A DNA stretch of 64,000 nucleotides, from positions 2,914,001 to 2,978,000 of the forward strand of contig JBHGNT010000003.1 of NCBI GenBank assembly GCA_043228905.1, written 5' to 3'. Position 1 is the stretch's first letter; each line of letters opens with the position of its first letter. Below, piece by piece: positions 24,598-38,242 of this stretch. A program made the translations under genes and the position numbers. The stretch is from Azolla caroliniana (taxonomy: Eukaryota > Plantae > Polypodiophyta). Under the pieces are notes generated by a model. That model was not told the DNA's origin. It saw only the letters and a program-made list of their open reading frames with translations, and ran no database searches.

Positions 24598-24918
24598 TTG
24601 AATCTCTGAATCAACTCTTGGGCAGAGATAGGGAAGCTCAAAAACAATGTGTTTGAGCTTTCTTTCCTTTAAGTTCATTTCTGGGATCTCATTTTGACTC
24701 TATTACTTTAGTTAGATCTATCCCCATTTATAATCCATATGAGCTTTTATCAGTGTGGAAGATTTTCCTAAGCATCTTTGTGCTTAGAAATAAGAACGCG
24801 GAGAGACATCATGGCATTGTATTTACCAAACCTTCATTGGTGCTTAATACTGATTGAGTAATTATTTGTTACAAGGATTTTTAATGGGTATTAAGTGACA
24901 CTTCTAACAATAGTAACT

Positions 24919-25422
24919 TGATAATGAATATGGGACTCAGCCACAACAGAGATTTAAGTACAAAAGAAGAGAAAACATAAAACAGAAATGCTCAAATGAG
25001 AGAACACAGAGACACGGGATGTTTAACATGGAAAACACGAATCGGGAAAAACCACATGGAGTGGACAAACTCCCAACAGAACACTATATGGGGAGGAGTT
25101 ACAACAAGAGGATTCAAGGCAATGACCTTGAGCTCTTCTTCGACAACTAACAGCTACAGAGTTACACATTGTTCTCACTCTCTCACACATGTACACTAGT
25201 TACAAAGGCCAGTACCGCTCAAACTTTTTTAACAACTAAAATCATCATAACATAGTGATTGCCTTAGGTGTATATATATTAATATACAATATGGACTATG
25301 GCCCACTAAGGACATATTTAGACTATTTACAAAATTTATAGTCTCCTGAATCGGCTTCAGCCGATGCAGCTAATGATCGAGTCAATTTTCGGCTTTCGGA
25401 TTTCGATTTTCGATTTCGGCTC
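24919..25422 (-). mobile_element. Truncated Copia-type LTR fragment
   Basis: Contains catggaaaac..gggaaaaaccac (reverse of the GGTTTTTCCC..GTTTTCCA LTR motif); absent from the paralogous region at ~35780. Confidence 0.55.
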
Positions 25423-26852
25423 TAAGTGACACTAATAATAATGACTCAATGAATGGTGTCATGAGCAATGTTTTTATGGCACTTATGATAGGTATCCTCA
25501 TGTTTCTCAACCCTACATAAAAAGTCTTCTTCAATGTTGAGTGAATTCCTCTGCACAATGTAAGCATGCCCTGTACGGAGGAACTTTCTCAAGACTAATG
25601 TGGGGAGATTAGGAAGTGGTTCTAGCTAGAGTTTTTAGAATCTAGCTAGTCGAGATTCTCAAAACTAGCTATTTTCCGTCCATTAGGCCTAATTTATAGG
25701 AAAATTAACGTTAAAAGATGTACAAGTTTAAAAACTTTTGTCCCCCCTTCTCATGTTCTCTACATTTATTTATAAAAGGAAAATTGAATGTCACTAAATA
25801 GGCCCATAAACGTTGCTGGGCCAAACCATTTCCAAGGGTCATATATTTTGAATACTACTAAGCTAACTAACAAATACTTATTTGCACATTTGAAGATCTA
25901 TTTGTCATTTTAGCATCAACTAAAAATCTTTTCTAGCACAATTCTTAGCACCACCTGTATAAATGTTCCGCATAGATAATCGACATCATTAGTGGATCAA
26001 GCCTGTGCAGAAAATGCCTATCACAGTTGTAGACACTGGGAAACAAGAACCTGAATAAAACAGAGTTTTTCAATTTTCAAAATGCATAAAAACAGGAAAC
26101 AAGGAGTTTGCTCATTACACTGGCCTCAAGCTCTACAGCCAAAAGAAGGAACTATGATCCGCAAGACCTTCTTTGTTTTTCAGATTGCATGAAAAAAAAG
26201 CAATTGACCTCTACTAGCCTTCACAAAAATTTTGCCCTATTCGAGATCAAATTACTAGAAAGATTTTCAGAATACCTCCCTACCAAACTGCAGTAACTGA
26301 TTGATGGATGATAGATTTGAAGAATTGGTTATCGCAATCGACAAGCCAGGAGGAATGGTCTATTGATCTCAAATTTCCATTGCATGATATGCTATGCAAT
26401 CGACATTGAGGAATACAACCAAAAACTGATTAAATACACTACACATTATTGCTTGGATGGATGCACACTATCCCTTGTATCATAAGCTTGCGCATCATTG
26501 TATGAAGGAATTCGTATGACAAGACATGGCATCTCCATTGCTTTAGCAGAATCTTCATTGCTTTAGCAGAATCTACTTCAGCTTGGCCTAATCAAACTTT
26601 TGTGTAGCCCAGACTTTCAATAACACCATTTCTCGAGTCAATTCATCCATTTTTACTCAAATTATTGATCTAAGATTGGGAAATTTTAGACTCCCTGTGG
26701 ACTCTTTGGATTTGTCTTTTGTTTTTCAACCCAATTACATGGAACGTTTAATTGTGGAAATAGACATCTTAACCAGGGAGGCTTTAGAACACTTCGATAT
26801 TAATATATTTACTTGGTCATATTTTAATAACTTCAAATATATTTCTTACACG

Positions 26853-27567
26853 TGATATGGATATGTTTGTAGACAGAGACAAACAGAAAATAAACTGAAA
26901 CACAAACAAAAAATTCAGAATACACACGATTTACATGGAAACCTGAAACCAGGGAAAACCACGGAGCAGCAAAATTTCCACGATGGATCAAGAGTATACA
27001 TGATCGATTAGAAGGCTCATTAGCTTTCTAGGAGAAAGACTCAAATCTCAGGATCAAGAGTATACAGATCGATTACAAAAGCCCCTTAGCTTTCTAGGAG
27101 AAAGACTCAAATCTCAGAGAATACCACAATAGTATGGGAGGACACGAAACTCACTCAACAATAGCCACCTATTGGACTCTTCTGTTTTCTTCTTCTTCTC
27201 TGTCTCTCGCGCAATCTCTGTTGGACTCTCTGCTCACAGTCACTCACATCTACTGTCTTAGCACTTTCTTTCTCTCTTCGCACTGTCTTCTTCACTCTGT
27301 CTCAATCGCTCAACAGTTTCCCCTAACTTACATATATATATATATATACATATGTATACATATATGTACATATGTACATATATACATATATCCTATATGT
27401 ATTATGTATATATATGTTTATTGGTCGACTCACTCGTCGGTCCGAATGGTCGGCCCTCAATGACCTACGATTCGCCCAACCCCCAAATCGATCGATTCAC
27501 CAATCCGACCAACCGATCAGAATTTGGCCACTGACTCCTCCCATCAAGAGGGACACAATACCTAACA
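26853..27567 (-). mobile_element. Copia-type solo LTR related to the full-length Copia LTRs
   Basis: On - strand begins tgttaggtattgtgtccctc (compare tgttgtgtaaaggtgtccctc) and has the GGTTTTCCC..GGTTTCCA motif; absent from paralogous sites; TSD not clean. Confidence 0.7.
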
Positions 27568-29877
27568 ATTATCAATATTATAAATATATATAGGCATGAT
27601 GCATGGATTTTTAAAGTCGACTATCCCATAACTTTTTCTACGAAACCATAATTTCATTCAGTAACTTCTTCTACGAAAACGTAATTTCATAGTTGAAAAG
27701 AATATAGAGGTCAATCGTCATGGTGTCATCAATATTCTACTTTGTAATCATCAATATTCTACTTTGTAATCATCAAATGTCATAATTATAGTGATTAAGT
27801 GTCATTCACATTGTTTCATAATTTCATAAGTGATTATGTAGTTGTTTCATGGATAGGGTATTGAGTGGGACACTCCCAACATGGGTTCAAAAGGTTGCCT
27901 TTACATAAAGAAACTCACCTACCACTTAATGCTCCCCACAATTAGTTGGAGATCTTTATTGTCCATAACCTTGAGATTGAATCCACAAACAAGTTTACCT
28001 TGAGGTTGTAACCTCTAATGTCTAAAATGTGAAAAGTACATATTGCATGAGCATTTGCATGTATTAGTTTACAAGAGAAATGATAGAGATATTTTGTTAA
28101 CCACATGAAGGCTTATGTATATGTATGTGTTCAAACGTTCACTCTGGTAAAAAAGAAAACACAAGAATCAACCAACATATGTGAGATCATATTGTATTGA
28201 ATCAACATGGCTTCATTGTTCGATAAAATCGGCTTTCCTAAGACTTTGCGACAACATGCAAATATCTGAATACTTTCTATTGTCCGTTGATAAGATTGAG
28301 GAAACAATCGTTGCGTATATGCTTAGATCTAGTGCTTTGAAGAGGGATAGAGGCAAAGCAATAATTCAATACTCTTTACGAAATAAAGGAAAAGCGAGAG
28401 TCTCGTATGAGGATACCTTGATTTTGAGGCTTTATGACGTACAAAGTTGATCACAATACCAATGTAGAAAGTTCGTGGGGAATTGAACCTACTCCACAAT
28501 CTAGACTCAACTTTTATTTTCCAAAAAAGGAGCTTCTTTCCTATGAGCTAGGAGAGGATCTAGACTCCAACTTATTAACAAGGTGTTAGCAATTCATAAC
28601 TTTCGAACATAATTATTGGAATCATAGTTTATTGGTATTAAGGGAGCATTTCAACATTTCCAAGATGGAAACTATAATTGACCGAAGAAAACATTCAAAT
28701 TTCAAAAAACATTACCATTTCGTTTTTTACAAATCTGATTCAAATCTGGACTAGCGCAGTATTAACCGACATGTAACACACTACTATTATTTGATGGAAA
28801 AGCATGCTCGGCACCCAAGCAACCATAACTTATCATTAGATAATCAATGTCAATGTCGTAATGTAATGTAAGATGATGAGTTATACAAGTACTAGAATTT
28901 GGTTTTTGATTAGGTTTTGCGAGGAAAGATGAAGGGATGGAGATGAAGGTTCATATGTATGGAAGGTTCATATTTTCTCTCACTTTTAATAATTACAAAT
29001 ATAGCCTTCCATAACCTAGAGTCTCTTTGAAGCAACAAAAAAAGTGTGTCTCTGTTCCTATCTTTATTCTGTTTCTTTTACGACTGTTCTTCTTTGACTG
29101 TAAAAGTTCTCCATTTTAGCTCAAATTTGAAAGTAAAGGTAGCAGAAAGACTCTTCGTTTCTTACCCCTCATTCCTTTTCTCATCCCTCCATATATATAT
29201 ATATTGCCATAGTTCAGAACAAAAAAAAGAATGAAAGGGGAGAAAGTGTATCTGATGCGATGCCTCATATATACATATTTTACAAAAACAATGAGTTAGG
29301 GATGACCAATGATTGGGCAAAATTAAATGAGAATTGGAACAATCTAGACCATAGTATATCACAACATCAAATAATGAACCTTAGTATTATAATGAATCAT
29401 TCAAACTTATACTTTTCTGAGACATAATAGTAGCACAATATTTATTTCTGGTAATTGGTTCAGAGTTTTGTGGAGGCGGCCCTCTTAGAAATGGTATTTG
29501 CGATTTCGGTCATCAGTTAGCTACCAAAAGAGAAAACAAATATTGAACATTAAAAAATAAGTGACCTTATCCTTTGTATGAAAATTTGCGAAAAATTCAA
29601 AGTAGCTCAAGAATTAACCTATGAATGATTAGTCACTGTAGAAAAATCTATAACATGGCACATACTCATGATTTGAGATTGCATCATTAGTCATGGTGGC
29701 AACAGAATTTAATGTATATTATGCCACATAACCATAATCTGGGAAGATAGGAAGATGAATGGGAGACTTGTGAGTCAACAATTCACGCTCTTTTCTTCTC
29801 AAATTCTTCATGTTGGTTTGAGAACCAGTTCTGGTCAGATCTCCAGGTGTACGCACATATTGCTGAACATGCAGGCA

Positions 29878-29913
<36 letters not shown>

Positions 29914-30069
29914 CAGAAGACAAGGCATTGGGATGGAGTGGCTTCCAGACTACGAGAAGAATCCAACGGAAAAAGGTTTCTTGAAGAAACACGAAAAGAA
30001 TGTTCGACAAGATGAAGAAGAAGAAGAAGAAGAAGCAGATTCAGAACAAAAAGAAGAAGAAGATCATTG

Positions 30070-31530
30070 ATGATGACGAAGATGAACGAGATTACAATTC
30101 CAATAGATGAACCTTATCATCGACTTAACTCCACCAAACATGAATGGAGAGACTACATGAAGAAGAACATCAATGATGTTAATGCACCTGTGTCCAACGA
30201 AAGTTGGATGATTTTGAAGCCTCCCCAAGCATTGTTGGAAGTGAAGGCAGACGCATATGAACCTAAATTAGTGACCATCGGCCCATTGTATCACAATCCT
30301 GCGCCTTCGCTCGCTAATAATTATAAGGCCATATGTATGAAGGAATTCATGGAAAGACATAGGATATCAGCTGTGGAAGACCTCATACAAGAGCTCATCT
30401 CTGATCAACTGCATGAACTTAGCCACATCTATAATCTTAACCTTCCCCAATCTGAAATTGAGTGGCTCCAACTTCTGGTCACTGTCGATACCATCTTCAT
30501 TCATGAAATCATGAATTCGCTCTTCTTCCCTACGGAAAGAGCCGGGTACTTTGCCACTGTCTACAATAATGACCATACACTCCGCATGCAACTGTGGAGG
30601 GACTTGCTGTTGGTAGGCAACCAGATTCCCATGTCATTCCTACTGAAGACTGCAAAGATTTTCGACAATCCATACTTCTCATGGGTCGATCTCGAGATGA
30701 CGGTCACGGCTCTAATCTTGGACCATAATCCATTCTTTTCTAGCGAAGATGTAAGGAATAGATTTTTAGGGTTTCTCGAATTGAAGAACATAAAACTGGT
30801 CGATACTTGCGAGCATCTACTCGATTCCCTCTACTTCTTGTGCACTTTCAAAGAACAGCAAGAAGAAAAAGAATCGACGAGAATATATGGATCGACAAGA
30901 AGAAGAAGAAGAAATGATGAGGCTCACAAGAAGGAATTCGTTCACAAGAAGGAATTCGTTCACAAGAAGGAATTCGTTCGGCTCCCGACCGCATCCCAAC
31001 TCTACAGAGCCGGCATCGGGTTCAAGGCCTGTGAAGGTAACATATCAGTGATCAAGTATGACAAGGGTAGACATCTGCTCCATCTTCCGCGCATTCTAGT
31101 GTTTGACATCACTGGGGATGTGTTGAGGAGCCTCATTGCGCACGAAATAATTTCGAAAAGAGGAGAAGAGTTTGTTATGTATGCTACCATCATGAACTCG
31201 CTCATCGACACGAGAGAAGATCTCGCGATCTTGAAGGAGGCCGAGGTCATCGAGAATCACATGGGGAACAACCAGAGGTTCATCGACATGTGGAACAACA
31301 TGTGCATCAATGTGAGCTATAAAGACGAATCGCGAAGATGGGGGGAGATGATCCAGGATGTAGCGGCCGACTATTCCTCCAGTTGGCTTCGCTTGCTCAC
31401 AGAGTTTTATAAAGAGTTCTGTTCTCGGCCATGGTTAACGACATCACTCATCACCGCATTTCTACTGCTCTCGGCTTCGATATACCAGGCAGCCTACTCA
31501 GGCATAGATTATTACAAACCTAAAAGTTAA
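30070..31530 (+). CDS. DUF247/UPF0481 family protein, type B (intact, ~486 aa)
   Basis: AYEPKLVTIGPLYH, DLLLVGNQIP, HLLD, LPTASQLYRAGIGFK, LRSLIAHE, MNSLIDTREDLAIL, PWLTTS + TM. Confidence 0.93.
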   Translation: MMTKMNEITIPIDEPYHRLNSTKHEWRDYMKKNINDVNAPVSNESWMILKPPQALLEVKADAYEPKLVTIGPLYHNPAPSLANNYKAICMKEFMERHRISAVEDLIQELISDQLHELSHIYNLNLPQSEIEWLQLLVTVDTIFIHEIMNSLFFPTERAGYFATVYNNDHTLRMQLWRDLLLVGNQIPMSFLLKTAKIFDNPYFSWVDLEMTVTALILDHNPFFSSEDVRNRFLGFLELKNIKLVDTCEHLLDSLYFLCTFKEQQEEKESTRIYGSTRRRRRNDEAHKKEFVHKKEFVHKKEFVRLPTASQLYRAGIGFKACEGNISVIKYDKGRHLLHLPRILVFDITGDVLRSLIAHEIISKRGEEFVMYATIMNSLIDTREDLAILKEAEVIENHMGNNQRFIDMWNNMCINVSYKDESRRWGEMIQDVAADYSSSWLRLLTEFYKEFCSRPWLTTSLITAFLLLSASIYQAAYSGIDYYKPKS

Positions 31531-32559
31531 CCTAACCGTAATAAACCCTTGGGCAAGCAAAAAATAAAGCAGCTCCATACAATTGAGTATTGAGCTTTAT
31601 TTGTTCATTATTTTGGGATTTCAGTTTGATTTATTAATTCAACTATTTCCCATTATTTATGTATTTATAATTCACATTGCCTTACTATGAAATTGTGTGG
31701 AAGATTTATGTCCTGACGATGAATCGTTTCGAGATTCATGTACTAATGGAAATGGTTAAATTAAGTAATTGTCACAATGAAGTCTAACTGAAGCACAATT
31801 TGTTGGACCTGTTCTTCTTCTTCATCATCATCGTCGTCTTCTTCTTCCTGATAGAGACATTCGGGATTAGAAAATGTGTGAAGTAGGAGCATCTTCATAC
31901 GTTTGCTGTTTCGAGAGCCGTCATGAGAACTTGGTAGATAAAACCCTGACATTGGTACTACTATCCACAGGCATTGATTTTGGAGACCTAATTCTGACCA
32001 AGTTTTACATATGTTGTAGAAGTATGATCACATTATTATGATCTGTATGGTATTTCACAAATGTGTGTTATGATCAATGTTGTATTTACTGTCATTAACC
32101 GCCCCAGCATATGGTGCATACAGAGGGGGAGGCACAAGCAAGTTGGGCTGAAAAGCTCTTCATCACTTTTTGAGGGTTAAGAAAAAAAGCATTCAATCAG
32201 ACCTTGAGTATATAATTTTTCCCACCTAAATTGACACATGTTACCTAATCATGTTAAGGTCAGTTTCTCAAAATCATACTTTTTATACCGAGATAGTAAT
32301 ACATTAACTTTATCATATTTTCATATCTTCAAATATATTTCTAACACATGATATCAATGGAGTCAATATTAGGCATAATGCATGAAGACTTGTGAACAAC
32401 TAACAACCTGAGTATTCAAAAAAATATTGTAAGTTGAAACTCATCGATCCATGTGACTTCTCATTTGATTTATGGCAATCGTTGGTTATCTATAACTCTC
32501 CAGTTGAATATTCCTTTCTTCTTTCACATGATAGTCAAGCTTCTTGAAGCACAACTTCA

Positions 32560-33060
32560 ATTGGTTTTGGTGATATCCACTAAGACTCAAGATTGGAAAG
32601 TTTTCTTTATTGCCGTCGACATGTTTTGGTGAGATTCATGAAGACTCAAGGGTAGAAGTTTTTCGTATTGAGGTTAACATGTTTTTGTTGGCTCCAAGAA
32701 GACCCAAGTGTGGATTTTTTTATATTGATGTCAACATGTTTTGGTACAATCCACGAAGACCCGAGGGTGGAAGGTTTTATGTATTGACGTCAACACATTT
32801 TTGTGGGATCCAAGTAGAGTCAAGGGTCACGATGATAACACATTTTGGTGGTATCCAAGAAGAGTCAAGGGTGGAAGTTTTTCTACATATTGATATCAAC
32901 ACTTTTTGGTGGGATACAAGAGACTGGAGGGTGAAAGTTTTTTATGTTATTGTTAATATGTTTTGGAGGGTGGAAAGTTTTTTATGTTATTGTTAGTATG
33001 TTTTGGTGGGTTACAAGAAGACTCGAGGGTGAGAAGTTTTTTATATTATAGTTAACATGT
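32560..33060. repeat. Third, more degenerate ~60-bp array (no inverted units)
   Basis: ttttggtg..atccaagaagagtcaagggtggaag units; single further units at ~34420 and ~44400. Confidence 0.85.
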
Positions 33061-33110
33061 TCTTATCTCTCATCAATTTGATGTTTAGTGTGCACATTTA
33101 GATTAGGACA

Positions 33111-34276
33111 TGTTGGGCATATCCACTCAAATGGAGCCCACAACACAAAGCCAAAGGGCTGATTGAGAATCGGCTGTGATTCAGCAATCGGCCGAGCATA
33201 CAGCCAATTGGGAGTCGGCTTGGCACCGAATTGGAGTAGGGCCAAAAAGGGGGAAAAGTTATAATTACGTATGATTATATTTATACATATATATGTGTGT
33301 ATGTATACCCTTTTTCTTTTGTATGTTTTTGTCATGTGTCTTTTGTGTGTGTGAACACAAGTACATAGACGTTGGACAACAAGGAGAAAAACATAAAAAG
33401 GAGAAGGGGGAAATAGAGCATGATCTGATTTTTCTGCATAAACGGAGAAAATCAGAAAACAGGGAGAGAAAAACAGAAAAACGGAGAGGAAAAGAAAATA
33501 GAGAACGAAAGAGTGAGAACAAGAGGAAGAGCGTTCTACGGAAGTGGGAAGATAGAGACTTGTGAGGAGTTGGTCGTGCTGACAGAGAACCACGACTGTG
33601 CAACACCTCTCCTGTCTACTCGCATCAGGTTACTTCGTTTCATGGTTGTTCTCTTGTTTCCTATTTTGCTACTTTTTTTCTATCCACCTAGTTGGGTGAA
33701 GAATTGCAAGGTTATTTTGCTTGGTTTATCCACCCAATCGGGTGAGGATTGTAGCCAAGCTTGTTGCCTTGAAGCTAATATATTTCCTCTAGACAAAAAC
33801 CTAGAGAGACTAGCACATTCCTTGTGCTTATTGTTATTGTATCCACCCAATCGGGTGAAGATTGTACCCAAGGCTGCTGCCTTGAGGCTAGGACATTTCT
33901 CTAGTCAAAACCTAGAGAGTCCGTACTCATTTGTACCCATTGTTGTGTAGCCAAGGCTGCTGCCTTGAGGTTTGTACGTTCCTCTAGTCAAAGCCTAGAG
34001 AGGTCATATGTAGTTTGTAATCCTTGTTATTCTATCCACCGGATTGGGTGAAGGTTGTAACTAAGGCCATTGCCTTGAGGTAGATACACCCCTCTACTGA
34101 GGTCGTATTTCATTGTACTCCAAATTATAGTGAAGTTGTTTGGAACCTACGGTTCCCATGGTTTTTCCCTATTTTGGGTTTTCCACGTTAAAAATTTTGG
34201 TGTACTCTCATTTTTGTCTTGTGGTTAATTGTGTTTGAAGTTTTAATCATCCCGATTCAGCTCCATATTCCCATCA
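33111..34276 (+). mobile_element. Solo LTR, TSD GGACA
   Basis: ggaca|tgttggg ... cccatca|ggaca; internal ~120-bp repeats; ggtttttccc..gggttttccacg motif. Confidence 0.88.
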
Positions 34277-37152
34277 GGACATTGCGACTATTGATATCAT
34301 CCTTTGATTTCACGAGTATTGACATCTTCCACAAATTCTAACTTTTCACAAGGAATCATTGACCATATAAAGCAGATTTGGCTACGTCTCAATTCTGCTT
34401 TTTCTATATTTATATTAACATGTTTTGGTGGGATAGAAGAAGACTCAAGGGTGGAGAGTTTTCTATATTAATGTTGGCATATTCTTGTTTCTTGTCAATT
34501 TGATATTTAGTGTGCACGTTTAGATTAGGACATTGTGACAACTATGATGAGACTAGACATTCTAGCAATGTTGAAAAACGTTAAATGTTGAGCCACAATA
34601 TCAAAGTACCGCCTTTATTCACCATATAAGGATTTTTTGATATTCCAACAAATATTATTGCTGTCATATATACGAAGTTACCTTATGATGTTACATAAGG
34701 TCTTCATAATTTTTATTTGCTCCTACGTTTCCTTTTAAAAGACAGATAAACATGTTTGTTATTTACTATCCTTGTTGCTTAAGGATATGTGAACCATGAA
34801 GAGTAAATTTTGATTCATTACAATCTGCACATTATGAATACATTATGATTCATTGCAATCTTCACTGTTGTATAAAAAGAGGAATGATACTTTGATCTTC
34901 TCCAAGAAAGTATCATATTAGAAGTAGTAGTAGTTTAAGAGATGGGTGGGAATATCAACAAGGAAACTAGAATTACCATCCAACCTAATCACATGAACCC
35001 ATCCATCCTAGCCATACAAACCACTCCATTCGACAACTTGGTCAAGCCAAATGGATAGAAGAAATGACAACAAAGATCAATAATATTGCTCCTGTTGTTG
35101 TTAAACCTACATCCAATATGTTTTGGTTACACAAGGATTACAAGAGTCTAGTAGTTTACTGAAACTACAAGATACATGGCCGACAAATCAAGGAGTTGGG
35201 GAGCTAAAATCTAAACATCGTGATCGCCTGCCAACAACATCTCAACTCTCGAAAGTCGGCATCCAGTTCAAGCCATTGAAAGGTAACATATCGGTGATGA
35301 AGTGATATCCGAGAAAACTTCAGCTCGATCTTCCACGGCTTGTCGTGTATGAAGGCACACAGAGGATGTGCTAAGGAACCTCCTTGCTCATGAACAAACC
35401 TTCGAAGGTGGACGTGAGTTTACTACTCCTTGTCTTTACATTATTGGAGACGGTCTACACGATCTTAGGCTATTACTAGTGCAACCTCTACATGAATCCT
35501 AAATAAGGAAGCTCAAACACAATAAAGTGAATGAGGTTTCTCTTCTTGATTCATTTTCGGAACCTCATTTGACTTCATTACTTTATTTGTGTCTATTTGG
35601 TTTCTAATCCATATGAGCTTTTATCATCATGGAAAATTATCCTAAGAATCTTTGTGCTTACAAATAAGAACACGGTGAGACATGGCATTGTATTTACGAC
35701 ACCTTGATTGGTGCTTAATCCAGTAATTATTTGTTACAAGGATTGTTAATGGGATTTAAGTGACACTTGTAATAATAATAACATGATTAGTGTTTAACTC
35801 ACTATTGAGTAATTATTTGTTACAAGGATTGTTAATGGGTTTTAAGTGACACTAATCTTCATGTTTGTCAACCCTAGATAAAAAGTCTTCTTGAATGTAC
35901 TTCTTTACTCCAAAACTTTATTTACAAGTATAGTTATGCTAAATTAGCCATGAGAACGTTGTGTTTAAAATTCTAATTCCCTAATATGAACATAAAACTT
36001 CATACCCAATGGCAAGGAAAATTGATTATAGAATGTCCAAAGCAACCTTACATTTATTAGTGAGTATGTTGACCAAATATGTATCTACTTAAATCCATTA
36101 ATAGGACGAGCAAAGTAGTCTTAGTGGACCCCATGACCTAGCCTTCCCATCATGGACGCCACTTGCACATACTTTTTGTAAAATCTCATCCATCGGCCAT
36201 TAATAATAATAGCAAATTGATAATAACTTTACCATATCATCATCATGTCTTGAGAGACTCACTTGATCATGAAATATTTGCTATTGTAAACATATCCAAT
36301 AGTTTTAATATCCCGTGGCTTGAGGATGCCTATAGTGATTGTTGGCTCTATGCACATCCCTCTACCTAGCTACATCTAGCTACTCGGCTGCAAAAGCTCA
36401 TCGTCATAGAAAAAAAAGCTTGGCTCCCAAATCAAGTAGCTCGCCTACCACTTGCTCATCAAAAGAGATTCTGCATATTTGCATTCCTATCTCCCCCCAA
36501 TGTTGGGCGAATTCCTAACCACAATATTACGCATGCCATCTAGGGAGGGACTTTGTCAACTAATGTGGGGGAGGCTAGGAAAAAGTTCTAGCTAGAGTTT
36601 TCACATTCTTCAAACCAGCTATTTTCACCCCGTTTGACCTACTTCATAGGAAAAGTTAACATTAAAAAGAAGTAAGAGTTTAGAAGAAAAAAAACTTCAT
36701 CCATACAAATAACCTTCATCCATACAAATTTATCCATACAAATAACCATATATTTGGATGAAGGTTATTTGTATGGATAAATTTGTTCCTATTTTCTCTC
36801 ACTTTATGTTAATTACAAATATAGCCTTCCATCACTTAAGAGTCTCTTTGAAGCAACAAGGAAACAAAGTCTCTGTCTCTCTGCCTCCTACTTATCTTAT
36901 TCTGTTTCTCTTATGACTGTTCTTCTATGACTGTACAAGTTCTCCATTTTAGTTCAAAATAAAGGTAACCGAAAGACCCTTCGTTTCTTTCCTTTCTTAC
37001 CCCTTTTTTCTTTTTTCATCCCTTCATATATATACATATTGCCATAGTTCAGAACCTTTTATAACCAGACATTCTCTGTCTTTATGGGACACACATGTTT
37101 ATAGGTAAGAACAAAAGAAGAAAGAAAGGGGATAAATAGTATGTGATGCGAA
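33621..37152. repeat. Segmental duplication, copy 1 (partner 43602-48403)
   Basis: Near-identical from cgcatcaggttac to gtatgtgatgcga; this copy lacks ~600 bp present at ~47390-48000. Confidence 0.92.
34942..35479 (+). pseudogene. DUF247 type-A3 internally deleted pseudogene
   Basis: Type-A start, KHRDRLPTTSQLSKVGI and the YTILGYY* end are retained; two large internal deletions, a 13-bp deletion and stops. Confidence 0.88.
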
Positions 37153-37167
37153 AGGGGATAAATAGTA

Positions 37168-37993
37168 TGTCTCCGAATATTGAAGTAGTGTCGAAAATGT
37201 TCTGTATCCAAAATCAATGTATTGTCGGCATTATATTAAGGCCAAGTAGCCCAAAAATCAGAAAGTCTCTTGAATCTTGCAGCTTCCATTTGCTCACAAT
37301 TTTCTCGTGCCCATTGACCTTTAAAACGACTTCGCCATTTTGGGAAGAATCTTGCCAAACACTTCCACACATCTGATTTTGGTTTTTCACTCCAAATAAA
37401 CAAATCAAAGTATTCCACAGCCCACTCTAGAAACTGATTTGCGTCCCTCCTTGGCTGCATATATCTCACACTCATCAAGACTTTATCAAGCTCCAAGATC
37501 AAGGCTCTTCTTTCGACTTCTAGTGGTTTAGGTTTCCATTCCTGAAACTGAGCCGCTGTTACACCATTTTCTGGTAGGATACGATCAATCTCAATCAGCT
37601 CAGGTTCGGCTGACACAACTGGTGTCCTTTTCCTCTTTAAACCCCTAGTCGACTGTGTTGGGCCTAGCTTCACATTCTGGTGCTCTTGTTTTGTCGACTT
37701 AGTTATCAATCCTTGGATTACCTCAGTGCATGTAGCTACTGATCTGCTCGATATCAGTCCACTGGTATCACATGCTGCATCTACCTGCAACACCAAGTCA
37801 TCCGTGCTACATGTTGCATCTACCTGCAACACCAAGTCATCCGTGCTACATGCTTGATCAACTTGTGTGACCAGATCACTTGTGTCAGTTGCTACATCTA
37901 CTTTCAAGATGGGGCCCTTTAAACATGCCGCAACATCAACAGTATCCACACTGCCATTGGCCTTACGAGCAATAGAATCAAACCCTTTAGACT
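37168..37993 (-). pseudogene. FCP1/SCP (NIF) HAD-like domain exon with premature stop, 3'-truncated
   Basis: RALILELDKVL..RRDANQFLEWAVEYFDLFIWS..KRLSDFWATWP*YNADNTLILD; tgcag acceptor before 37993; 39-bp repeats encoding STDDLVLQVDA. Confidence 0.65.
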
Positions 37994-38242
37994 CTGCAAC
38001 ATCAGAAAACACCAACATATTCACACTCACAAAGTAACTAATAGTCTCACAAAACAATATCCTGAACATCAAAGAGTTTCAGTCATAGAACAACACTCTT
38101 CAAATTATCTTGGAAAAACATCATAGAGTTCCATTACATAATGTGGATCAAGCAACAACCAATCTGAGGTTTTACTTGTCCAACAAGATAGTAAAACTTC
38201 ATAAAACCCTAGCAAAATCCCTAAGCTAACAATCATATCCAA

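Noticed and set aside
24600-30060. Small secreted ligand gene (HPS10/sS-like) between A2 and B2
   Set aside because: No convincing signal-peptide ORF found; the candidates at 24996 and 27134 lie in LTR remnants. A small spliced gene cannot be excluded by eye
33513-33950. Hydrophobic ORF repeated at 43623
   Set aside because: Lies within the duplicated solo LTR; no independent coding evidence
37994-38242. Direct splice joining the RING-like gene to the NIF-like exon
   Set aside because: The acceptor before 37993 needs a phase-1 donor, and none is evident near the end of exon 5; left unresolved
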